This document shows, in pieces, positions 41,165 through 50,741 of a DNA stretch of 64,000 nt. A program made the position numbers and the translations under genes. Positions within the stretch are counted from its first letter, which is position 1. The number at the start of each line of letters is the position of its first letter. This stretch comes from an uncultured Gemmatimonadaceae bacterium (lineage in GTDB: Bacteria; Gemmatimonadota; Gemmatimonadetes; Gemmatimonadales; Gemmatimonadaceae). The stretch covers positions 1-64,000 of the forward strand of contig CAVVTZ010000009.1 of NCBI GenBank assembly GCA_963751275.1. Direction: 5' to 3'. Under the pieces are notes generated by a model that saw only the letters and a list, made by a program, of their open reading frames with translations, was not told the origin of the DNA and searched no databases.

Positions 41165-42484
41165 GTGAAGCTCCAGCGGACGCTTGGAACGCTGGCGCTC
41201 GTCTTCGTGCTGTTCTTCTGCACGTCGGGCGGCGCGTTCACCACCGAGACGCTCGTCGCGAACGTCGGCCCCGGACTCGCGCTCGCCGTGCTCGTCGCCG
41301 TGCCCATCCTCTGGTCGCTGCCGGAAGTGCTGATCATTGGCGAGCTCGCGAGCATGCTCCCCGAGGAGGGCGGCTACTACAAGTGGGTGCGCCGCGCGTT
41401 CGGACCGTTCTGGGCGTTCCAGAACGGATGGCTCACGTGGATGTATTCGCTCGTGGACATGGCGCTCTATCCGGTGCTGTTCAACCAGTATCTCGCCTAC
41501 TTCGTGCCGGGGCTCGGCATGGAGGCGCGGTGGGCGGTGTCGCTCGCGGTGATCTGGATCCCCACCGCGATGAACCTCGCCGGTGCGCGATTCGTGGGGC
41601 GCGTGTCCATCGTGGCGGGCTCGTTCATCGTGCTCGGGTTCCTCGCGGTGGCCGCGGCCGCGGCGCCGCACATCACGCACGTGCCGTGGGCGCCCTTCGC
41701 GAAGGGCGGGCAGGGAACGATGGGCGCGATCGGCGTGGGGTTGTCGCTCGCCCTCTGGAATTACACCGGTTGGGACAACGCGAGCACCGTGCAGGGTGAG
41801 GTGGTGGACGCATCGCGCAGCTACCCGCGCGCGCTGATGTTCGGATTGCCGCTGGTGATGCTCGGCTATCTCATCCCGCTCACCGCCACGCTCGGCGCGA
41901 GCGACTGGACCACATGGACCGAGGGTGGATGGCCGGAGATCGCGCGCGCGACCGGCGGCGCCTTCGGGCCGCTGCTCGCGACGTGGATCGCGCTCGCCGG
42001 ACTCGTGAGCGCGCTGGCGCTGTTCAACGCGCTGCTGCTGGCGTACTCGCGCGTGCCGCTGGCGATGGCGGATGATGGACTGTTGCCCGCGTTCCTCGCG
42101 CGCACCGACGCGCGCGGCACGCCGCGGAACGCCGTGCTCGCGAGCGCGGTCTGTTACTCGGTGTTCGCGGTCATCTCGCTGCAGGGATTGGTCGTGGCGG
42201 ACGTCCTGCTCTATGCGCTCGCGCTCTTCCTGGAGTTCGGCGCGCTGATCCGCCTGCGCGTGCGCGAGCCGGCATTGCGCGGATCGTTCCGCATCCCCAC
42301 GGGCACCGCGGGCGTAACCATGCTCGCAGTGATCCCGATGCTGGTGCTCATCGCGGTGGTATGGCTGGAAATGCAGGACGGGGAATTCGGATTCCCGGCG
42401 GTGATCGGGGCGCTCGCGGCGGCGGCGCTGGGGCCTCTCATGTACAAGATCGTAAAGGCGCGTGTGGGCTCTAGTACCGCTTGA
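41165..42484 (+). CDS. APC-family amino acid/polyamine permease
   Basis: GELASMLPEEGGYYKWV, WNYTGWD, SRVPLAMADDG; about 12 TM helices. Confidence 0.92.
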   Translation: MKLQRTLGTLALVFVLFFCTSGGAFTTETLVANVGPGLALAVLVAVPILWSLPEVLIIGELASMLPEEGGYYKWVRRAFGPFWAFQNGWLTWMYSLVDMALYPVLFNQYLAYFVPGLGMEARWAVSLAVIWIPTAMNLAGARFVGRVSIVAGSFIVLGFLAVAAAAAPHITHVPWAPFAKGGQGTMGAIGVGLSLALWNYTGWDNASTVQGEVVDASRSYPRALMFGLPLVMLGYLIPLTATLGASDWTTWTEGGWPEIARATGGAFGPLLATWIALAGLVSALALFNALLLAYSRVPLAMADDGLLPAFLARTDARGTPRNAVLASAVCYSVFAVISLQGLVVADVLLYALALFLEFGALIRLRVREPALRGSFRIPTGTAGVTMLAVIPMLVLIAVVWLEMQDGEFGFPAVIGALAAAALGPLMYKIVKARVGSSTA

Positions 42485-42615
42485 ACGGCGCGTCTGGGAG
42501 GCAGCGTGTGGTACGGCTCGGCGTGAGTGGGGACTGCTCTACTCACGCCGAGTCGTACCACACGCTGCCTCCCAGACGCGCCGCTCAAGCGTTACGAGGG
42601 CCTACACGCGCCGTT
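42454..42615. repeat. ~160-bp long palindromic element, copy 2
   Basis: Same core as copy 1; overlaps the APC 3' end and the hydrolase stop. Confidence 0.93.
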
Positions 42616-43258
42616 AGAACGCGGTGGCTCCGGCCAGCCAGGTGCGCGCCGCGTCAATGTCGCCGCGCGTGAGCGTGTGTCCCGCCGGATCCCAGCGCAG
42701 CGTGACGTTCGCGCCGGCGCCGCGGAGGAGCGTGGCGAGCTGGTCGGTCTCTTCGGGCGGGATGAGTGGATCGGTCAGGCCGGCGGCGAGGAACACGGGA
42801 GTGCCGGGCAAATGCAATGATTGAGCGACGTTAGCCGTTGGCCGCACCACGATCTGCGCTCTGAACAGTGCGGCGGCGGAGAACACGGGGCCCTCCAGTA
42901 GCAGCATCGCCCCCGCGATGTTCGCGCCGTTCGAGAAACCTGCGGCGATCACGTTCTTCGCATTGAATTCGTAATGATCCGCCGCCGCGCGCAGGAACGC
43001 CGCGAGCGCGTGCGCGCCGCGTTCCACGTCGTCGTAATCGAACACACCCTCGGCGAGGCGGCGGAAGAATCGCGCGGCGCCACGTTCGGAGACATCGCCG
43101 CGCGGACTGAGCAGTGCGGCGCCGGGCGCGAGCATCCGGCCCAGCGGGATCAAGTCATTCTCGTCGGCGCCGGTGCCATGCAACAGAAGAAGCGTCGGGG
43201 CGCCCGGCGCGGTGGCCGGCTCATACCGGTGGATGTAGCCGAGGTCCGGCGCGCTCAC
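42614..43258 (-). CDS. Alpha/beta hydrolase (MhqD-like carboxylesterase)
   Basis: LLLHGTGADE, LSPRG, FFRR, GFSNGANIA, GHTL. Confidence 0.9.
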   Translation of the reverse strand: MSAPDLGYIHRYEPATAPGAPTLLLLHGTGADENDLIPLGRMLAPGAALLSPRGDVSERGAARFFRRLAEGVFDYDDVERGAHALAAFLRAAADHYEFNAKNVIAAGFSNGANIAGAMLLLEGPVFSAAALFRAQIVVRPTANVAQSLHLPGTPVFLAAGLTDPLIPPEETDQLATLLRGAGANVTLRWDPAGHTLTRGDIDAARTWLAGATAF

Positions 43259-44202
43259 GGAGCGTGCAGCGGCGGCAGCGCCGGCTCGATCGTCGCGCGC
43301 GCCGATTCGAGCCAGGGCGGGAGCTTGAGCGCGGTGCCGAGCGTGGTCTTCGGCTCATCAATGAGAAAGCCGGGAATGTCCGTGGCGATCTCGAAGAGCA
43401 CGCCGCCCGGCTCATGGAAGTAGATCGAGTGGAAATACTGCCGGTCGCGCACCGGCGTCACGTGCGCGCCCGCCGCGGTGAGCTCGGCGCGCGAGGCGAG
43501 CTCCGCATCGTCGCCCGGCACGCGCCACGCGATGTGATGCACGGTGCCGACTCCCATCACGCCGCGCGGGAAGCCGTGCGTCTCGCGCACATCGACGATC
43601 GCACCGGGGCCGCCGCTGCCGGTCACGAAGCGGTGCGTCGCCCCTTCGCTGCCGCCGACGCGGAATCCCATGGTGGCGGTGAGCAATCCCGCGGTGGGCG
43701 CGACGGTGTCCACCCACAACGTGATCGCGTGCAGCCCGCGAACGGCATGCTCCGCCGGGACGGTGCTGCCGTCGAACGACCACGCCTCGCGCTCGCCGGC
43801 GCGGGCGTGCGCGACCAACTCGAGCGCGATGCCATCCTGGTCGTGCAGCGTGATCACCTGGTCGCCGAATCGCTTCACCGGGCCTTCATGCGCGATGCCG
43901 CGCGCGATGAGACGCTCGAGCCACCAGCCGAGCGAGGCCTGGGGGATCGACAGCGAGATCACGTTCACCTGGCCCGTGCCGCCGCGGCCGCGGCCGGCCT
44001 CTCCCCACGGGAAGAACGTGACGAGCGTGCCCGGCTTGCCGGTGTCGTCGCCGAAGTAGAGATGGTACGTGCCCGGATCATCGAAATTCACGGTGCGCTT
44101 CACGAGCCGCAGGCCGAGCACGCCCGCATAGAAATCCACCGTGCCCTGCGGCGAGCCGGAGATGGCGGTGACGTGATGGATGCCGCTGATGGCGATGCTC
44201 AT
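43255..44202 (-). CDS. Ring-cleaving dioxygenase (MhqO-like VOC family)
   Basis: GIHHVTAI, LVKRTVNFDDPGTYHLYFG, GTVHHIAW, DRQYFHSIYF.EPGGVLFEIAT. Confidence 0.93.
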   Translation of the reverse strand: MSIAISGIHHVTAISGSPQGTVDFYAGVLGLRLVKRTVNFDDPGTYHLYFGDDTGKPGTLVTFFPWGEAGRGRGGTGQVNVISLSIPQASLGWWLERLIARGIAHEGPVKRFGDQVITLHDQDGIALELVAHARAGEREAWSFDGSTVPAEHAVRGLHAITLWVDTVAPTAGLLTATMGFRVGGSEGATHRFVTGSGGPGAIVDVRETHGFPRGVMGVGTVHHIAWRVPGDDAELASRAELTAAGAHVTPVRDRQYFHSIYFHEPGGVLFEIATDIPGFLIDEPKTTLGTALKLPPWLESARATIEPALPPLHAP

Positions 44203-44267
44203 TCCGTGGCCCTCGGCGGGAACGCCGCTCCTGGCGCGGTCCAATGTGGGATCGGAGATCGAGAGTG

Positions 44268-44396
44268 AACTGCTCTGACAGGATTAACAAGATGAACCAG
44301 ATGAGCCAAATAACAAACTCACTGGCGGTCGCCGGGAACCGCGAGCGCAGTGAGTGTCGTCATCCCGCTCATCATGTTCATCCTGTCAAAGCAGTT
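44268..44396. repeat. Imperfect palindrome with nonamer-periodic arms
   Basis: AACTGCTCTGACAGGATTAACAAGATGAACCAGAT ... ATCCCGCTCATCATGTTCATCCTGTCAAAGCAGTT. Confidence 0.7.
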
Positions 44397-44441
44397 GGCA
44401 GTTTCGGGACTGCCCGGGGCGCGGGAAGGCCTCGCTCGAGA

Positions 44442-44909
44442 TCAGGCCGTGCGGCGGTGCATGAGGGCCGGCCCGACGATGCGGGCGCGGCCGAGGCGCT
44501 CGAGGTTGATCGCGAACGCCTGGCCGAGTGCGCTGGTCTCGCGACTCACGAGCACATCCAGGGGCGCGGTGATCATGCGCGTGACGGTGGACGCGTCGGC
44601 GGCCGGGAGCGGCGCGCTCGCGAAGCGCTCGCGCGTCATCGCTTCGGTGGCGAAGAAGAAGCTGGTCACGAAGCTCGCCATCGACTCATCGCCGCCGCGA
44701 TTGCGGCGGAGATCGAGGATCACGGCGCGGACGCCGGCGAGCTGCCGGATCGCGGCGGTCACCGCCTGGCGCGCGGCGGCACTGTGCTCGAACGCGGTGA
44801 GTTCGAAGAAGCCGGCGCGGCTGCCCAGGCGGGCGACGCGTCCGACACCATGGCTGCCGGTTGCGGTGCGTGGCGCCGTGGTGTCACGGCGCAGGACGGT
44901 GGATCGCAT
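44442..44909 (-). CDS. Short, degenerate S41 peptidase-like domain protein
   Basis: AGFFELTAF, AVILDLRRNRGGD, PLDVLVSRET, RARIVG. Confidence 0.65.
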   Translation of the reverse strand: MRSTVLRRDTTAPRTATGSHGVGRVARLGSRAGFFELTAFEHSAAARQAVTAAIRQLAGVRAVILDLRRNRGGDESMASFVTSFFFATEAMTRERFASAPLPAADASTVTRMITAPLDVLVSRETSALGQAFAINLERLGRARIVGPALMHRRTA

Positions 44910-45075
44910 AGCTGATCTCCATTCGGGCCACGCGCCGCGATGCCGGCGCGCTCACCCGATTGGACACCCGGTACGGCGCGATGGTTTACGCGCCGCGTCC
45001 CGCCGCGGTAGAATGAGAGCACGCGCGCTGGGCGCGCCCGCACACCCACCCGACCGGACCACGAGGAGCCGCGCC

Positions 45076-45654
45076 ATGCATGACATCGTGCAATTGTTGA
45101 CGAGCCACGACATCTCCTTTTTCGAGAAGATCCTGCGCACGCTCGTCGTCTACGCGTTCCTGCTGATCGGTCTCCGGCTCGGCGGCAAGCGCGAGCTGGG
45201 CATGCTGAACCCGTTCGACCTCGTGGTGCTGCTCGTGCTCTCGAACACGCTGCAGAACGCGATCATCGGCCCCGACAATTCCCTGCTGGGCGGCCTCTTC
45301 GGCGCGGCGATCCTGCTGATCGTCAATTATCTCGTGGTGCGATTCCTCTTCGTGCACCCGAAGCTGGACCGCTACGTGGAAGGCGAGTCCCTGGTGCTGG
45401 TGCGCGACGGCAAGGTGATCCAGGAGAACATGGCGAAGGAACTGATCACGCAGAGCGAGCTGGAGTCGCGCGCGCGCATCCAGGGCGTAGATGACCTGGC
45501 GCACGTGGCCTGCGCCCGGATCGAGGTGGGGGGCGCACTGACCTTCGTGCTCAAGCACCCGACCACCGCCGAGGATCATCAGAAGGCGGTGCGCGACCGG
45601 CTCACGCGGATCGAAGCGTCGCTCAACGCGCTCTCGGCGCGGCTCGGCGCCTAG
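45076..45654 (+). CDS. DUF421/YetF membrane protein
   Basis: GAGGAG RBS; RLGGKRELGMLNPFDLVV, EGESLVLVRDGK. Confidence 0.88.
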   Translation: MHDIVQLLTSHDISFFEKILRTLVVYAFLLIGLRLGGKRELGMLNPFDLVVLLVLSNTLQNAIIGPDNSLLGGLFGAAILLIVNYLVVRFLFVHPKLDRYVEGESLVLVRDGKVIQENMAKELITQSELESRARIQGVDDLAHVACARIEVGGALTFVLKHPTTAEDHQKAVRDRLTRIEASLNALSARLGA

Positions 45655-45676
45655 CGCGGAACCGCGCGGGGCGCGG

Positions 45677-46738
45677 TCATCCCTCGCAGTGGCGCTCGAT
45701 CTCCTTCGAGAGCTTCGCGGGGTCGTTGATGACCTGGTAGAACTCGTCGAAGTACGCCAGCGTGCTCTGCGCGGTCTTCTCGTCCAGCAGCGGGTTGTTC
45801 GTGTACAGCGCGGTGATGGCGGGCCGCTGCGCGTTGAACGTCTTGACGGCGTCCGAGAGCTCCGCCGGGGTGAAGCAGAAGCTCGTCCACAGCCGGCTGC
45901 GCACCGAGCGGATGGGCAGCGACTTGTCGGGCGTCGCATAGCGCGCATTGACCGTGCCGGACCAGTCGAAATCGTATGCCACCGGATAATAGACCACGGG
46001 ATAGGTGCCGGCCGTGCCGACGAACCGCATGTTGTGCATCGCGGCGAGGCTCCAGTCGGTGTTCGCGATCATGTACTCGAAGAGCGACATGATGCCGAGC
46101 ACCCCGGGATCGAAATCATCGCGGCCCGCGTTCTTCGCGGCGATGGACGTGCCGGCGTTGCGCGCCGCCATGTCGCTGTGGTCCTCCAGGAAGAATCCGC
46201 TCGTGACGATGGGCGCCCGGTCGGGGTGCGCGCTGTCCGCATACGTGACGCGCACGAAGCGCGCGCGGAAGCTGAAGGGCGTGACAAGGTTGTACACGCG
46301 GTAGAGCAGGTACTCCTGCGGGATGTACGCCTCGTACTCCGCGCGCCCCGGCCAGCATGTGGTGACGAGCTTCAGCTTCTTCTGCTTGGCGAAGACGGTG
46401 CCCTTCACGTCCTTGCCGAATTTCACCGACACCGGCGGGAAACCGCAGGTGCTCGACTTGCGGCGGAAATGCCCGCGCGGGCGTAGGCCGATGACCAGCG
46501 TGTCGGCGCCGGTGATGAGCCGCCCCGGCAGCCACGGGCCGGTGCTGTCGCGGGTGCTCATGTACTTCTTGATGTCGCTGGAGATGGTGATCGCGAAGAT
46601 CGAATCGCTCGCGAACAGCTTCGTCGGCTTGGCGGGCTGCACCGGCGCCGGGGCATCCTGCGCGGCGCCTCGCGCGGCCACCGCGGCGCATGCCCCGAAG
46701 CACAGCGCGACCGCGGCGCGCCTAGACCAGTTCGACAC
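45677..46738 (-). CDS. Exported protein with CotH-kinase-like motifs
   Basis: Signal peptide; RGHFRR, KLKLV, EYLLYRVY, MIANTDWS..HN, PVAYDFD. Confidence 0.6.
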   Translation of the reverse strand: MSNWSRRAAVALCFGACAAVAARGAAQDAPAPVQPAKPTKLFASDSIFAITISSDIKKYMSTRDSTGPWLPGRLITGADTLVIGLRPRGHFRRKSSTCGFPPVSVKFGKDVKGTVFAKQKKLKLVTTCWPGRAEYEAYIPQEYLLYRVYNLVTPFSFRARFVRVTYADSAHPDRAPIVTSGFFLEDHSDMAARNAGTSIAAKNAGRDDFDPGVLGIMSLFEYMIANTDWSLAAMHNMRFVGTAGTYPVVYYPVAYDFDWSGTVNARYATPDKSLPIRSVRSRLWTSFCFTPAELSDAVKTFNAQRPAITALYTNNPLLDEKTAQSTLAYFDEFYQVINDPAKLSKEIERHCEG

Positions 46739-47795
46739 GGTCCACCCGGTCGCCCGCCGCGCTCTCGATGTCCGCCAGCAGCTCGGAGGCGTCTCCTTGC
46801 TCTCCGAGATGGAACGGATATTCGACCACATGGTGCGTGGGCGACTCGTGGACGACATCGCCGAAGCGCCAGTGCGCCAGCCGGGTGCGCAGGATCGGCT
46901 CGACGATGAGCCGTGCTCCCTCGGGGTCGGCGGTGTGCACGCGCAGGAGATGATCGAACATCGGCACGGCCTCCTTCGTGCCGATGCCGAGGTCCTTGGT
47001 GAGCTTCTTCGCGCGGCGCCACGCGCGGTCGGCCAGCGCGTCGAGCTGCGACGGCGACATCGCCTTGAGGATCTCGTCGTCCACCACGGCGACGAAACTC
47101 TGCGTGTGGCTCACCTGCTCGCGCGTGCGCGAGAGGCGATCCTCGGCGAGCGCGCCTTCGAGCGCTGCGGGCTCGCGGCCGAAGTCGGTGGACCAGAGCA
47201 TCACCGTCACGAGATTGAACGCGATGGACAGCACGATCGCCACCGGCACCTGCACGCCGCAGGCGAGACCGATCGCGGCGCCGACCAGGATGTACACGGC
47301 GTCCTTGCTGTCCTCGAGCGTGTTGCGGAAGCGCACGGCGGCCACGATGCCGGCGAGACTGAACGCGAGCGCGAGCGAGTTCTTCACGAGCACCACGATC
47401 CCGGCGTCCACCACCGGGAGCACGATGATCACCTGGGCGAGCGCCTGCTGGTAGCCCTTCTTGTGGCGGGTGAGGATGTAGCACCACGCCACGGGCAGGG
47501 AGAGCAGGAAGGCCGCGACGATCGCGAGCATCGCGGAGATCGCCAGATACGATTCATCGACCTGTCCCGGCACGGTGGTGCTCGAGAGATCGACGTTCTT
47601 CGGGATCCCGGCGCGCCCCTGGCCGCCGCCGCCGGTGAGCTCGGTGATGGACTTCGCGAAATAGCCGTGCCACGAGTCCGGCATCGCCCGCCAGACGGCG
47701 AAGACCGTGAGCCCGACGAGGATGTAGTAGAGGAACGTGCGCAGCAGGATGTTGTCCCACGTGCGCCGGAGCAGCGAATCTCTCGATGAAGCCAT
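46722..47795 (-). CDS. DUF4956 membrane protein
   Basis: NSLALAFSLAGIVAAVRFRNTLEDSKDA..AIGLACG. Confidence 0.85.
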   Translation of the reverse strand: MASSRDSLLRRTWDNILLRTFLYYILVGLTVFAVWRAMPDSWHGYFAKSITELTGGGGQGRAGIPKNVDLSSTTVPGQVDESYLAISAMLAIVAAFLLSLPVAWCYILTRHKKGYQQALAQVIIVLPVVDAGIVVLVKNSLALAFSLAGIVAAVRFRNTLEDSKDAVYILVGAAIGLACGVQVPVAIVLSIAFNLVTVMLWSTDFGREPAALEGALAEDRLSRTREQVSHTQSFVAVVDDEILKAMSPSQLDALADRAWRRAKKLTKDLGIGTKEAVPMFDHLLRVHTADPEGARLIVEPILRTRLAHWRFGDVVHESPTHHVVEYPFHLGEQGDASELLADIESAAGDRVDRVELV

Positions 47796-47827
47796 GCGCT
47801 ATTCTGCGGCTTAACAACCGGTGATGC

Positions 47828-47940
47828 AACTACTCGGGACTCGGGACTCGGGATTCGCCGCGGGACGCGACAACCGCCGGGAATTCATCGATTCCCGGCA
47901 GTCAGCGCGGCGAGTCCCGAGTCCCGAATCCCGAGTCGTT
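47828..47940. repeat. Palindrome with heptamer (CTCGGGA)n arms and an inner hairpin
   Basis: AACTACTCGGGACTCGGGACTCGGGATTCGCCGCG ... CGCGGCGAGTCCCGAGTCCCGAATCCCGAGTCGTT; inner GCCGGGAAT/ATTCCCGGC. Confidence 0.88.
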
Positions 47941-48377
47941 CAAGCCCGCAGCGTATCCGGCTGCCAGTTCTGCACGGCTTGCTTGATGGTCTTGCGATCC
48001 GGCAGTTCGCCGGCGAGCGTGCGGTCCACCAGCGCCGGGAGCTCGGCGTCCGAGGCGAAGCGGAGGCCGATGAGCTGCGGATGGCTCAGCTTCATGATCT
48101 TGTCGCGACCGCCGGCGCCGAGCACGCGCTCCAGGCGCATGCGCATCTCGTCGCGGATCACGCGATCCTGCACCGTGAGCACCATGCCGCGCACGTCGAA
48201 CGCGAACATGAAGAGCGCGGTGAACACCACCGCCATCCAGATGCTCATGCCCGTGGGCGCCTTCACCGCCGCCACGATGAACACGATCGCGTTCGCCAGG
48301 AGGATCGGCAGCGACGTGTAGTGATACATCCAACGGAAGCGCGTGTGGTTGGAGTAGTTCTGCGCGGACTCAGCCAT
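47940..48377 (-). CDS. DUF6526-like small membrane protein
   Basis: QNYSNHTR, VQDRVIR.EMRMR, QLIGLRFASDAEL, IKQAV.NW.PD..R. Confidence 0.75.
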   Translation of the reverse strand: MAESAQNYSNHTRFRWMYHYTSLPILLANAIVFIVAAVKAPTGMSIWMAVVFTALFMFAFDVRGMVLTVQDRVIRDEMRMRLERVLGAGGRDKIMKLSHPQLIGLRFASDAELPALVDRTLAGELPDRKTIKQAVQNWQPDTLRA

Positions 48378-48386
48378 GGTGTTGCC

Positions 48387-48857
48387 TCACGGGGAAGGTG
48401 TGGTCGTGCGTGCCGCGGCGCGGGCCTGCCGGGCGAATTGTTGCAGACGCGCGACGATCGCCGACAGGCCGACTTCGCGCGAGCCGAGTCCAATGTTCTC
48501 CATCATGGTGCGAACGAAATCGGCCGGGATCGACAGCGTCGCCGACGGCGGCTGGTCGTTCACGGCCGAGAAGACGATCGCGAGGAACGCGGCGATCGTC
48601 GGGGATTGCCGGACGTTCACGTCGGCGTAGAAATGCATCTTGCCGTCGTGGAACTCGGGGAAGATGTCCACGCGCGTCTGGCATTCGGGCACGGTGAAAT
48701 TCGTGCGGTCCAGCGGCGCGAATCGCGGCGGCAGCGGCTCGAGCCGCTTCGACCACGCGACGAGCGCCGCCATCTTGTCCTCGCGACCGAGCGCGCGGAA
48801 CGTCCGCAGCACGCGGTCGATGGACGGAGGTTCGGGGGTGGGGGCGCTGCTGGTCAT
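48387..48857 (-). CDS. sufE: SufE-family Fe-S assembly protein
   Basis: VPECQTRV (active Cys), FYADV, LGSREVGL. Confidence 0.8.
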   Translation of the reverse strand: MTSSAPTPEPPSIDRVLRTFRALGREDKMAALVAWSKRLEPLPPRFAPLDRTNFTVPECQTRVDIFPEFHDGKMHFYADVNVRQSPTIAAFLAIVFSAVNDQPPSATLSIPADFVRTMMENIGLGSREVGLSAIVARLQQFARQARAAARTTTPSP

Positions 48858-48957
48858 GTGCGGACGGGCTCGGGACAGTGCTCCAAGTCTATCACCCGAC
48901 AGAAAGTTCCGCGTATCCCCGATTGCCGCCGGGGCCGCGCGGCATGATCTTCGGACC

Positions 48958-49995
48958 ATGATCAACCCCCGCATCACCCGAGGCGCTGTCGTCGCGCTGG
49001 CCGCCGCGCTCGGCGCGTCCTGCAACAGGGGAAGCGCGGCCGTCCCGCCGGCGGTGGGCACGGTGGAGGTCACGGAGGTCGATGTCGCGCCGCTCACGGG
49101 CGCGCGCGTCACCCGCATGTGGGTGGATGAGGGGGCGATGGTGCGCGCCGGCGACACGCTGGTCTCGCTCACGCTCAGCACCACCCGCCCCGATCTCGAT
49201 GCGCGCATTGCGCGGCTCGCGGCGGCGGAGGCCGCGTTGCGCGACCTGCAGGCGGGCGCGCGTCCCGCCGAGATCGACCGCGCGTCCGCCGAGCTGCGCG
49301 TGGCCGAGGCCGAGGCGGCGAACGCGGAGGACGAACTGAAGCGTCTCACGCCGCTCGCCGCCAGCGGCACGGTGAGCGAACAGGCGCTCACCGCCGCGAC
49401 CGCGGCGGCGCGTTCCGCCGACGCGCGGCGCGATGCCGCGCGCGAATCGCTGCGCCTCGTGCGCGAAGGCGCGCGCCCCGAGCGGATCCGCGCCGCCACC
49501 GCCGACGTCGCGAACGCGCGCGCCGCGCTCGCCGCCGCCGAGGGCGCCGCGAACGACCTCGAACTGCTCGCGCCCGTGTCGGGCGTGATCCTGGGGCGCC
49601 ACGCCGAGCCCGGTGAGATCCTGCGCGCCGGCGAGCCCGCGCTCACCATCGGCGACATCGGCCGCCCCTGGGTGCGCATCTTCGTGGACCAGCGCGCGCT
49701 GCCGCTCATCCGCATTGGCGACGCCGCGAGCGCGGTGCTCGACGACTATCCGAAGGTGGAATTCCCCGGGCGCGTGGTGTCGATCCGGGACAAGGCGGAA
49801 TTCACGCCGCGGGTGGCGCTCACCGAGAGCGAGCGCGCCGATCTCGTCTTCGGCGTGAAGATCGAATTGCGCGACAGCATCGGGCTGCTGAAGCCCGGGC
49901 TTCCGGTCACGGTGCGCGTGCGCGGGTCCGCGCCGGCCGCGGGCACGGGCACCGGCGACCGTCCGGCCGCGGTCGCGGTCCCCACCCGGCCGTGA
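48958..49995 (+). CDS. HlyD-family membrane fusion protein (YbhG-like)
   Basis: Lipobox LGASC, VDEGAMVRAGD, LAPVSG, AEFTPR. Confidence 0.9.
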   Translation: MINPRITRGAVVALAAALGASCNRGSAAVPPAVGTVEVTEVDVAPLTGARVTRMWVDEGAMVRAGDTLVSLTLSTTRPDLDARIARLAAAEAALRDLQAGARPAEIDRASAELRVAEAEAANAEDELKRLTPLAASGTVSEQALTAATAAARSADARRDAARESLRLVREGARPERIRAATADVANARAALAAAEGAANDLELLAPVSGVILGRHAEPGEILRAGEPALTIGDIGRPWVRIFVDQRALPLIRIGDAASAVLDDYPKVEFPGRVVSIRDKAEFTPRVALTESERADLVFGVKIELRDSIGLLKPGLPVTVRVRGSAPAAGTGTGDRPAAVAVPTRP

Positions 49996-50741
49996 CCGCC
50001 GCGGGGCCCGCGGTCGTCACGCGCGCGCTGAGCAAACATTTCGGGGATCTCGTCGCGGTCCAGTCGCTCGATCTCACGATCCAGCGCGGCGAGGTCTTCG
50101 GCCTGCTCGGCCCCAACGGCTCGGGGAAGACCACCACCATCCGCATGCTGTGCGGACTGCTGACGCCCACGTCGGGCGATGCGACCGTCGCCGGCTACGA
50201 CATCCGCACGCAGAGCGAGCAGATCCGCCGCTCGATCGGCTACATGTCGCAGCGCTACGGACTGTACGACGAGCTCACCGCGATCGAGAACATCCGGTTC
50301 TACAGCACCGTGTATGGATTGCACGGCGCGGAGCGCGAGACGCGGATCGCCGACCTGATGAACGAACTCGGGCTGACATCGCAGAAGGACCAGATGGCGG
50401 GCACGCTGAGCGGCGGCTGGAAGCAGCGATTGGCGCTCGCGTGTTCCACGGCACACCGCCCGGAGGTGCTCTTCCTGGATGAGCCGACGGCCGGCGTAGA
50501 CCCGGCGGCGCGCCGCCTCTTCTGGGAGCTGGCCTATGCTCTCGCGAAGCGCGGCACGACCATCGTTGTGACCACGCACTACATGGACGAGGCGGCGCGC
50601 TGCCAGCGGCTCGCCTTCCTGTCGCGCGGGCACCTGATCGCGGTGGGGACGCCGGAGGAAGTGCCGCGGCAGTTCGGGCAGAAGACGATCGAGGATGTGT
50701 TCATCGAACTGCAGCGGCGCGACGAGGGCGCGGCGGTATGA
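49992..50741 (+). CDS. ABC transporter ATP-binding protein
   Basis: GPNGSGKTT, LSGGWKQR, FLDEPTAGVDP, TTHYMDEA. Confidence 0.95.
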   Translation: MTAAGPAVVTRALSKHFGDLVAVQSLDLTIQRGEVFGLLGPNGSGKTTTIRMLCGLLTPTSGDATVAGYDIRTQSEQIRRSIGYMSQRYGLYDELTAIENIRFYSTVYGLHGAERETRIADLMNELGLTSQKDQMAGTLSGGWKQRLALACSTAHRPEVLFLDEPTAGVDPAARRLFWELAYALAKRGTTIVVTTHYMDEAARCQRLAFLSRGHLIAVGTPEEVPRQFGQKTIEDVFIELQRRDEGAAV

